Assembly (NCBI GenBank): GCA_018969385.1
Contig: JAGWYL010000002.1
Span: 289 to 64,288, forward strand
Length of the DNA stretch: 64,000 nt
Direction: 5' to 3'
Source of the DNA: Patescibacteria group bacterium
GTDB taxonomy: Bacteria > Patescibacteriota > Minisyncoccia > Phycocordibacterales > Phycocordibacteraceae
Shown: in pieces, positions 26,595 through 34,162 of the stretch
Layout of the letters: the number at the start of each line of letters is the position of its first letter
Numbering within the stretch: position 1 is the stretch's first letter
The notes under the pieces: generated by a model
Database searches by the model: none
What the model saw: the letters and a program-made list of their open reading frames with translations, nothing else
What the model was told of the DNA's origin: nothing
Translations under genes and position numbers: made by a program

Positions 26595-28583
26595 ATGGCT
26601 CCCTCCGTTTTCGGACTGCTGTTCGTCGCTGCGCTCGTGCTGCCGCTTCTCGGGAGCGCCGCGGCGCTCCTTGCGCGCCGCGCGGGGTGGGGCAATGCGC
26701 TTTCCCAATACCTTTTCATGCTTTCGGGCGTCCTAGGACTCGCCGCGCTCGCCGGCTACTTCACGGCGCTTCACGCCGCATCCTCGGTCGTGCTTCTTAG
26801 TTCGCCCGTCCTCGCGTTTTCGGTGACGCCGCTTAGCGCGTTCTTCCTCCTCATCGTGTACCTCGGGACGTTCATCACGTCGCTCTACGCGCTCGGCTAT
26901 CTGCCGCTCTATGCGGACGCGTATTCGGTGCCGCTTACGAACGCGGTGTCCGGCGTATTCCTCTTCGCGCTCGCCGCGGTGCTTCTTTCGACGACGGTAT
27001 TCACCTTCCTCCTGTCCTGGGAACTCATGTCGCTTTCGGCATACTTCCTCGTCATCGCCGACCGGAGCCCCGAGTCGCTTTCCGCCGGCTTCCTGTACCT
27101 CGTGATGACGCACATCGGGTTCGCCTGCCTTTCCGCCGGCTTCCTGCTCCTTAGCGGAGGCCACGCGTTCATCTCGTTCGACGGCGTGCGCGAGGTGGCG
27201 CGGCAGCTGAATCCGGCCGCGCTCGCCGCAGCGTTCGCGCTCCTCTTCATAGGATTCGGCTCGAAGGCGGGTCTCGTGCCGCTCCATCAGTGGCTCCCGT
27301 ACGCGCATCCGCAAGCGCCGAGCCACAGCTCCGCACTCCTTTCCGGAACCATGCTCAAGGTCGCGCTCTACGGCTTCCTTCTCGCGCTCACGCTCTTTCC
27401 CGGCATACCGGCATCCTGGGCGTTTACGGTCGCGGCGGTCGGCCTCATCTCCGCCTTCTTCGGCGCTCTGTCCGCCGCCGTCGAGCATGACGCGAAGCGG
27501 CTCCTCGCGTGGAGCAGCGTCGAGAACATGGGGCTCATCTTTTCCGGCGTCGGCATAGCGCTCGTCCTCCACGGCCTTTCCATGCCGCTTTCGGGCGCGC
27601 TCGCCGCCGCGTTCGCGCTCTTCGTCGCGTTCCATGTCCTCAATCATTTCGCGTTCAAGACCGGACTCTTCCTCGCGACCGGCGCGATGGTCGCGAAGAC
27701 GCATACGCGCGACCTCGACCTCTACGGCGGGCTCGCGGGGAAGTGGCCGGCGTTTTCCGGCGTCTTCCTCGTGCTCGTCATCGCCGCCGCCGCGCTCCCG
27801 CCTTCGGGGACCTTCTTCGGCGAATGGCTCTACCTGCAATCGCTCGCTGCGGCGCTCCGCTTCTCGTCGCCGCTTCTCGTCGCTTCGGCCGCCGCGGCGC
27901 TCGGCCTTGCGGCGCTCGTCGGCGGCCTCGCGCTCTTCGCGTTCGTGAAGTTCTTCAGTGCCGCGTTCCTCGGCAGAGCGCGGAGCGAACATGCGGAAGC
28001 GGCGGAACCGATGCCCGTCCTGCTCCTCGTCCCGCCGCTCCTATGCGCCGCGTTCTCGGTCCTGCTCGGCCTGTTCGGCCTGCCCGTACTTTCCGCTGCG
28101 ACTGCGGGGTTCGGTTCACTCGTCCCCGTCACCACGGTCGTACCCGGCGCGTCGATGAGCGCCTGGTTCGTGTTCGCGCTTCTCGCCTTCGCGTCCGCTT
28201 TCGCGTTCATCGCTTATCGCGTCTTCGCCCGGAACCGGACCGTGCGCCGGACTGAAACCTGGGACTGCGGTACGCCGCTTACGCCGCGCATGGAGTACAC
28301 GGCGACCGGGTTCTCGGCGCCCATGCGCTTCTTCTTCCGCGGGCTGGTCATGGCGCAGAAGGAGATACTCGCGGAAGCGGTCGTGCCCGGGAATCCGTGG
28401 ATCGCGAACCGGCGCATCGAGTGGAGCATCGCTTCCGTCTGGGAGGCGTGGCTGTACCGGCGCATCGCTCGCGGCATCGTATCCGTCGCCGCGTTCGTGA
28501 AGCGGCTTCAGAACGGCGTCATCCAGCTCTACCTCTTATTCGTGCTCCTCGCGCTCATCATCGTCGTACTCGTCGCCCTATGA
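26595..28583 (+). CDS. hyfB: HyfB-like antiporter-type membrane subunit (NuoL/M/N family)
   Basis: WELMSL, KAGLVPLHQWLPYAHPQAPS, KRLLAWSSVENMG, TWDCG...MEYT. Confidence 0.88.
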   Translation: MAPSVFGLLFVAALVLPLLGSAAALLARRAGWGNALSQYLFMLSGVLGLAALAGYFTALHAASSVVLLSSPVLAFSVTPLSAFFLLIVYLGTFITSLYALGYLPLYADAYSVPLTNAVSGVFLFALAAVLLSTTVFTFLLSWELMSLSAYFLVIADRSPESLSAGFLYLVMTHIGFACLSAGFLLLSGGHAFISFDGVREVARQLNPAALAAAFALLFIGFGSKAGLVPLHQWLPYAHPQAPSHSSALLSGTMLKVALYGFLLALTLFPGIPASWAFTVAAVGLISAFFGALSAAVEHDAKRLLAWSSVENMGLIFSGVGIALVLHGLSMPLSGALAAAFALFVAFHVLNHFAFKTGLFLATGAMVAKTHTRDLDLYGGLAGKWPAFSGVFLVLVIAAAALPPSGTFFGEWLYLQSLAAALRFSSPLLVASAAAALGLAALVGGLALFAFVKFFSAAFLGRARSEHAEAAEPMPVLLLVPPLLCAAFSVLLGLFGLPVLSAATAGFGSLVPVTTVVPGASMSAWFVFALLAFASAFAFIAYRVFARNRTVRRTETWDCGTPLTPRMEYTATGFSAPMRFFFRGLVMAQKEILAEAVVPGNPWIANRRIEWSIASVWEAWLYRRIARGIVSVAAFVKRLQNGVIQLYLLFVLLALIIVVLVAL

Positions 28584-29527
28584 CCTTCTTCCTCGCCATC
28601 CTTGACGGGCTCATCGTCCTCCTTCTCGCGCCGCTTACGGTCGGCTTCGTCCGGCTCGCGAAAGCGCGTTTCCAGAACCGCCGCGGCGCGCCCGTCTACC
28701 TTCCGTACCTCACGCTCCTCTCTCTCATGCGCAAGGAGATGACCGTGACGAAGCACAGCTCATGGGTATTCGCCGCCGCGCCGTTTTTCGTACTCGCCTC
28801 CGCTATCGCGCTCGCGTTCATCGTTCCGACCGCCGCCGCGGGCGTTCTTCCCGATTTCGCGAGCAACCTGTTCCTCGTCGGCGGCATCGCGGCGTTCGGC
28901 TCCGTCTTCCTCGCCATGGGCGGCATGGACGCGGCGAGCACGTTCGGCAACATGGGCGCAAGCCGCGAGATGACGCTCGCGGCGTTCGTCGAGCCGGCGT
29001 TCTATATGGGATTCTCGGCGCTCGCGCTCGTCGGCGGGACGTGGAGCCTCGACGGCATCCTCCGGCATCTCGCGTCGCTCCCGTGGAGCGCGGGCGTTCC
29101 CGCCGCGAGCATCGCGCTCGTGGCGCTCGTGTTCGTCACGCTCGCGGAGAACGCGCGCTATCCGGTCGATAATCCGGCGACGCATCTCGAGCTCACGATG
29201 GTGCACGAAGCGATGCTGCTCGAATATTCCGGACCGTCGCTCGCGCTCCTCGAATACGCGTCGGCGGTGAAGCTCACGGTGATGCTCGGGCTCGTCGCGA
29301 GCCTCTCCCTGCCGTTCTTCCTCATACAGCCGCCGGTCACCGCGCTCGGCCTCGTGCTCGGCGTTCTCGCGCTCATCGCGAAACTCGCGCTCGCCGCGTT
29401 CGTGCTCGCGTTCATCGAGTCCACGTTCGTGAAGATGCGCTTCTACCGCATGCAGGAATACTTCTCGCTCGCGTTCATCGTCGCGCTCGCCGGACTCCTG
29501 CTCGCGCTCATAAGCATGACCCGCTGA
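28580..29527 (+). CDS. hyfC: HyfC/HycD-like membrane subunit (NuoH family)
   Basis: KARFQNRRG, GASRE, AENARYPVDNPATHLELTMVHEAMLLEYSG. Confidence 0.88.
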   Translation: MTFFLAILDGLIVLLLAPLTVGFVRLAKARFQNRRGAPVYLPYLTLLSLMRKEMTVTKHSSWVFAAAPFFVLASAIALAFIVPTAAAGVLPDFASNLFLVGGIAAFGSVFLAMGGMDAASTFGNMGASREMTLAAFVEPAFYMGFSALALVGGTWSLDGILRHLASLPWSAGVPAASIALVALVFVTLAENARYPVDNPATHLELTMVHEAMLLEYSGPSLALLEYASAVKLTVMLGLVASLSLPFFLIQPPVTALGLVLGVLALIAKLALAAFVLAFIESTFVKMRFYRMQEYFSLAFIVALAGLLLALISMTR

Positions 29528-29530
29528 CCT

Positions 29531-30172
29531 ATGACTCCCACCGTCCTATCCGCTTCCTTGCTCGGCGCCATGCTGGTCGCGTCTTTGCTCATGGAAAGCC
29601 GCATGCGCCTCACGTCCTTGGTCACGCTCTTCCGCGTGCAGTCGGCGTTCCTCGGTTTCTACGCGCTCTTGCTCGCGTATGCGGAAGGAGCGATACATCT
29701 TGCGGTCATCGCGCTCCTCATACTCGCCTTGAAGGCGTTCGTCATACCGGAATTCCTGCTCAGGGTCGCGCGCGCGAGCGGCGCGTCCGAGCGGCTCGAG
29801 GCGTACGTGCGCCCGACGACGCTCTCGTTCGCAGGCCTCCTCGTCGTCGGACTCGCGTTCGCGGCTACGAACCTGCTCCTGCCGGACGGCCACTACTTCG
29901 CCGCCGCCGTGTCCCTCTCGCTCGTGATGCTCGGGTTCTTGCTCCTCGTTTCCCGCAAGGACATGTTCGGGCAGGGAATCGGTTTCCTCGGCATGGAGAA
30001 CGGCATCTTCATATTCGGGCTCGCGCTCACGGGCGGCATGCCGCTTCTGGTGGAGCTCTCCGCGCTGTTCGACCTGCTCATCCTCTTCATCCTCGTCGCC
30101 GCGCTCGTGCGCCGCGCGCAGCACGAGCACTCCTCCGTGGGGACGGACCTCTTGCGGACGCTTACCGACTAA
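29531..30172 (+). CDS. hyfE: HyfE-like membrane subunit
   Basis: ALKAFVIP, QGIGFLGMENGI, MPLLVEL..FD. Confidence 0.85.
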   Translation: MTPTVLSASLLGAMLVASLLMESRMRLTSLVTLFRVQSAFLGFYALLLAYAEGAIHLAVIALLILALKAFVIPEFLLRVARASGASERLEAYVRPTTLSFAGLLVVGLAFAATNLLLPDGHYFAAAVSLSLVMLGFLLLVSRKDMFGQGIGFLGMENGIFIFGLALTGGMPLLVELSALFDLLILFILVAALVRRAQHEHSSVGTDLLRTLTD

Positions 30173-30185
30173 TCGCGATTTCCGT

Positions 30186-31658
30186 ATGACGATACTCGCG
30201 CTCATCCTCCTCTCGATACTCTCCGGCGTCCTGCCGTTCTTCGCGCGGCGCTTCGAGACCGTTACGGCGCTCGCGCTTCTCGGCAGCTCCGGCGTCGCCG
30301 CGCTGTCCGCCGTCGTCGGCATGCCGGCGCTGCTCGGCGCCTCGGCGCTTTCGGGCGGCGGCCTCTGGTACGTCGATCCGTTCGGCGGCCTCCTGGTGCT
30401 CCTCATCGGATTCATGCAGTGGACCGCGACGATGGCGAGCGTGCCGTACCTCGGCGAGGAAGTCCGGAAGGGCATCACGTCTCTTGCGCGCACGAAGCGC
30501 TATTTCGCGCTTCTCGCGCTCTTCGTCCTTTCGATGCTCGTCACCGTCGTCTCGAACAACCTCGGCTTCATGTGGGTGGCGCTCGAAGCGACGACGCTCA
30601 CGACGACGCTCCTCGTCGCGTTCTACGACCGCAAGGGTTCGGTGGAAGCGGCCTGGAAGTATCTCATCCTGTGTTCGACCGGCATCTCCCTCGGTCTCAT
30701 CGGCCTCCTCATGACCTACTACGCCGCATCCTCCGTGATGGCCGGCGGCGCGACGCTCGACTGGACGACGCTTGCCGCTTCTGCGCACGCGTTCCCGGCG
30801 AGCATCATGCGCATCGCGTTCGCGTTCATCCTCATAGGCTTCGGCACGAAAGCCGGCCTCGTGCCGATGCATGCCTGGCTCCCCGACGCGCACTCGAGCG
30901 CGCCGTCGCCCGTGTCGGGCCTGCTTTCGGGCGTGCTCCTCAACGCCGCGCTCTTCGCCGTGCTCCGCTACAAGGCGCTCGCCGACCTTTCCGCCGGGGG
31001 AAGCGGATGGACGAACGGCCTCCTCCTCGGGTTCGGCGTGCTTACCGTGGCGGTACCGGCGGCGTTCATCATCTTCCAGGCGGACTACAAGCGGCTCCTC
31101 GCGTACTCGAGCGTCGAGCACATGGGACTCATCACGTTCTCGACCGGTCTCGGCGTCGCGGGCCCTCTGATAGCGGTCATCCACATCATCGGCCACGCGC
31201 TCACGAAATCGATGCTCTTCATCGGTGCGGGGAACATCCTGCATCGCTATGAGAGCACGAAGTTCGCGAATGTCGGCGCGGTCATGCGGGTGCTTCCGTA
31301 CACCGGCGCGTTCTTCCTCGCGGGCATACTGCTCCTCCTTGCCGCGCCGCTCTCTCCGCTCTTCGTGAGCGAGTACTTCATAGTGTCCGCCGCCGTCGCG
31401 ACGCATCCGCTCTACACGCTCATCATCCTCTTCGCGCTCTCCGTCATCTTTGCCGGGTTCCTGCATCTTTTCGCGCCGCTCCTCTTCACCGCGCCTTCGC
31501 GCGGCGCCGAAGCGCTCGCGGAAAAGACGGGAGAGCGCTGGAATATCTCCCACACCGCCATGCTGCTCCACATCGTGCTCCTGCTCGCGTTCGGCGCGTT
31601 CCTCCTCACGGGCGCGGCGTACCCGCTCCTTGAGCATGTCGCCGCTTCCATAACCTGA
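30186..31658 (+). CDS. hyfF: HyfF-like antiporter-type membrane subunit
   Basis: WVALEATTL, EAAWKY, GFGTKAGLVPMHAWLPDAHS, KRLLAYSSVEHMG. Confidence 0.88.
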   Translation: MTILALILLSILSGVLPFFARRFETVTALALLGSSGVAALSAVVGMPALLGASALSGGGLWYVDPFGGLLVLLIGFMQWTATMASVPYLGEEVRKGITSLARTKRYFALLALFVLSMLVTVVSNNLGFMWVALEATTLTTTLLVAFYDRKGSVEAAWKYLILCSTGISLGLIGLLMTYYAASSVMAGGATLDWTTLAASAHAFPASIMRIAFAFILIGFGTKAGLVPMHAWLPDAHSSAPSPVSGLLSGVLLNAALFAVLRYKALADLSAGGSGWTNGLLLGFGVLTVAVPAAFIIFQADYKRLLAYSSVEHMGLITFSTGLGVAGPLIAVIHIIGHALTKSMLFIGAGNILHRYESTKFANVGAVMRVLPYTGAFFLAGILLLLAAPLSPLFVSEYFIVSAAVATHPLYTLIILFALSVIFAGFLHLFAPLLFTAPSRGAEALAEKTGERWNISHTAMLLHIVLLLAFGAFLLTGAAYPLLEHVAASIT

Positions 31659-31664
31659 TCCGCC

Positions 31665-33206
31665 ATGACCATCGACTCGCTGCGTTCTTCGCTCCGGCTT
31701 CCCGCGCTTACGCTCTTCGGCGCGACCGTCGTCCCCTCGGCCGAACTTCCGGCCTACGCCGACGCCTGCGCGGCGCACGGCGCGCCGCTCGTGTTCATGT
31801 ACGGGACGGACGAGCGCGCGGCGGGAATCGGATTCGCGGTGCATGCGGTCTTCGCGCTTCCCGGAAGCGGCTTCGTGACGCTCCGCAGCGTGCTTCCCGC
31901 CGAGAAACCATCCTATCCTTCGCTCACGCGCACCATAATGGCGGCGCACTGGTTCGAGCGGCTCATGCAGGACCAGTTCGGCATCATCGCCGAGGGACAT
32001 CCGGACCCGCGCCGTCTCATCCATCACGAGAACGTGCCGGAAGGAACGTATCCGCTCCGGAAGGATTTCGCCTGGGATGCGAAGCTTCCGCACGCGGACG
32101 TCCCGTATCCCATGCACCGGGTCGAGGGGCGCGGCGTCTACGAGATTCCGGTCGGACCGATACACGCGGGAGTCATCGAGCCCGGCCACTTCCGTTTCAA
32201 CGTACGCGGCGAGCGCATCCTCTCGCTCGAAGGGAAGCTCTTCTTCACGCATAAGGGGGTCGAGAAGCTCGTCGAAGGGAAGACGCCCGCCGAGGCGCTC
32301 CCGTTCATTGAGCGTATCTCGGGCGACATGCCGGTAGCGCATACGCTCGCGTTCGCCGAAGCGGTCGAACGGGCAAGCTGCATCAGTGTGCCGAAGCGCG
32401 CGCGCATGCTCCGCGTCGTCTGGAGCGAGCTCGAGCGCATCACCATGCATCTTTTCGATATGGGAAATATGGGCGGGAACGGGACCGGGTTCACCTTCAT
32501 GGCTGCGCAAGGATTCCGCATGGTGGAGGAGATGCGGCGGATGCACGCGTCGCTTGCCGGACATCGGTACCTCCGCGGCGCGGTGACGCCGGGAGGCGCG
32601 CACGACCTTTCGCAGGAGGCCGCGGCAGGCATGCTTAGGACGCTCGCGCGTATCGAGCGGGACATGAAGGACGTGCTCAAGATCGCGTACGGGACGGACG
32701 GTCTCATGGAGCGGTTCGAGACGACCGGCGTCCTGTCGCGCGCCGCCGCGCTGGCCTACGGCGCGCGCGGCATAGCCGCGCGCGCATCCGGCGTCGACAC
32801 GGATGCTAGGCGCGATTACCCCTACGCGGCCTACGACGAGCTCGCGGTGAACGTCGTCACCGAGAAAGCGGGCGACGTGGCCGCGCGCTTCAAGGTCCGC
32901 GCGCGCGAATTCGAAGAATCGCTCCGGCTCGTCCGCGCCGCGCTCGCCGCGCTCCCGGAAGGGAAGGCGCAAGCCCCGGCCATCGCCAAGGAAGGCGCCG
33001 CGCTTGCCGCCGTCGAAAGCTGGCGCGGCACGATATACGACTGGGTGCGCATCGGCGCGGACGGGCGCATCGACCGCGCTGCGATTTCGGATCCCTCGTT
33101 CTCGAACTGGCCGCTATTCGGCGAGATAGGTCCCGGCAATATCGTCCCTGATTTCCCGCTCTGCAACAAGAGCCTCAACCTCTCTTACTCAGGCACGGAC
33201 TTGTAA
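31665..33206 (+). CDS. Ehr large subunit (HycE-like NuoC+NuoD fusion) lacking the NiFe CxxC motifs
   Basis: PVGPIHAGVIEPGHFRF, HKGVEK, ERISGD in place of RxCxxC; C-terminus NIVPDFPLCNKSLNLSYSGTDL in place of DPCxxC. Confidence 0.9.
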   Translation: MTIDSLRSSLRLPALTLFGATVVPSAELPAYADACAAHGAPLVFMYGTDERAAGIGFAVHAVFALPGSGFVTLRSVLPAEKPSYPSLTRTIMAAHWFERLMQDQFGIIAEGHPDPRRLIHHENVPEGTYPLRKDFAWDAKLPHADVPYPMHRVEGRGVYEIPVGPIHAGVIEPGHFRFNVRGERILSLEGKLFFTHKGVEKLVEGKTPAEALPFIERISGDMPVAHTLAFAEAVERASCISVPKRARMLRVVWSELERITMHLFDMGNMGGNGTGFTFMAAQGFRMVEEMRRMHASLAGHRYLRGAVTPGGAHDLSQEAAAGMLRTLARIERDMKDVLKIAYGTDGLMERFETTGVLSRAAALAYGARGIAARASGVDTDARRDYPYAAYDELAVNVVTEKAGDVAARFKVRAREFEESLRLVRAALAALPEGKAQAPAIAKEGAALAAVESWRGTIYDWVRIGADGRIDRAAISDPSFSNWPLFGEIGPGNIVPDFPLCNKSLNLSYSGTDL

Positions 33207-33208
33207 GA

Positions 33209-33298
33209 TTCCGGAACTCGCCGCGGGATGCGCGGTTCGGAAGCCTGAAGAGAGTTCGCTTCCGAACCGCGCATCCCTGGCCGAAGGCTTGAAATACG
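33209..33298. repeat. Family-A palindromic element, inverted relative to the 25919 copy
   Basis: gggatgcgcggttcggaagc-ctgaagagagttc-gcttccgaaccgcgcatccc; the loop is the reverse complement of the 25919 loop. Confidence 0.85.
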
Positions 33299-33312
33299 CT
33301 TCCGTCTGCTTA

Positions 33313-33356
33313 TAAAAAACTCGTGCCTCCTCCCGAACATTCGGAGAGGAGGCACG
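33313..33356 (-). terminator. Intrinsic terminator
   Basis: cgtgcctcctc/gaggaggcacg stem with a T run on the minus strand. Confidence 0.65.
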
Positions 33357-33374
33357 TATGCTTTGAGGGGTCGC

Positions 33375-34058
33375 TCAAGCGGCTTTCGCCTTCTCGAACG
33401 CCCCGCCGACGTACTGTTTGATCTCGCTTTTCTTCTTGGCCAGCGACCAGGAAGTCGCGAGGCGCAACGGGACGTGCTGTCCGGTATTCGGGTCGTAGTA
33501 GTGCTTCATCACCGTCTGTTCGTTGTTCACGAACCTGACGACGATGTCGCGCTCGCCGACCCGGCGATGCCGCATGCAGATGGTGTCCACGTCGGGCTGC
33601 GGCGGGATGATGTAATACGGAGGTACGAGGTACCCGGCCTTCTTGAGTTCCTTCACCATGGAGTGATGGACCCCGAGTACGGCCAGGATTTCCTCTTCGC
33701 TCATGCATGCGGCACAAGCGTTCAACGCTACATCAAGCCCGTTCCCTAGCGTGACGGGAATCTCTCCCGCCGCCAGGCATTCGAGTATGCGCTTCCAGAG
33801 CAGCACGTAGTGGCCCCACGCCTTGTAGAGTGCGGGAATGGGCTCTAGGTCCCACTCGCCGCGGTCCTCCGCAAGCGGGTGCGGTATCGGTTCGCAGGCG
33901 GCGCCCAGAAACCTAAAAGTATTCTGAGGAAAGGCTTCCTCAAGGATAGGTCTAAGTTCCTGGTCGTAGAATGTCCGGCGGCCGGAGTTGCGCGGTCCGC
34001 CGACGGACAGTACTACCGCCCCGTTCAAAAGATCATTTCCAAACGTCATTCGTCTCAT
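33375..34058 (-). CDS. Hypothetical protein with a degenerate P-loop (thymidylate-kinase-like fold?)
   Basis: VVLSVGGPRNSGRRT resembles GxxxxGK[ST] with K replaced by R; CEP and LAAGEIPV resemble dTMP kinase segments; purine-rich SD-like stretch before ATG 34058. Confidence 0.55.
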   Translation of the reverse strand: MRRMTFGNDLLNGAVVLSVGGPRNSGRRTFYDQELRPILEEAFPQNTFRFLGAACEPIPHPLAEDRGEWDLEPIPALYKAWGHYVLLWKRILECLAAGEIPVTLGNGLDVALNACAACMSEEEILAVLGVHHSMVKELKKAGYLVPPYYIIPPQPDVDTICMRHRRVGERDIVVRFVNNEQTVMKHYYDPNTGQHVPLRLATSWSLAKKKSEIKQYVGGAFEKAKAA

Positions 34059-34162
34059 TACCTTCACCCTCACTTGATTGACGTACTCGGGAGTATGCCT
34101 CAAATGCGGCCAGAAATCAACGGTTTCGGCCTGGATATCCCGTGCGGTACACTCATAGGGAC

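Noticed and set aside
26063-33206. Calling the operon a functional NiFe hydrogenase-4 or formate hydrogenlyase
   Set aside because: NiFe and Fe-S cysteine ligands are absent, and no maturase, ferredoxin or fdh genes are present in the window.
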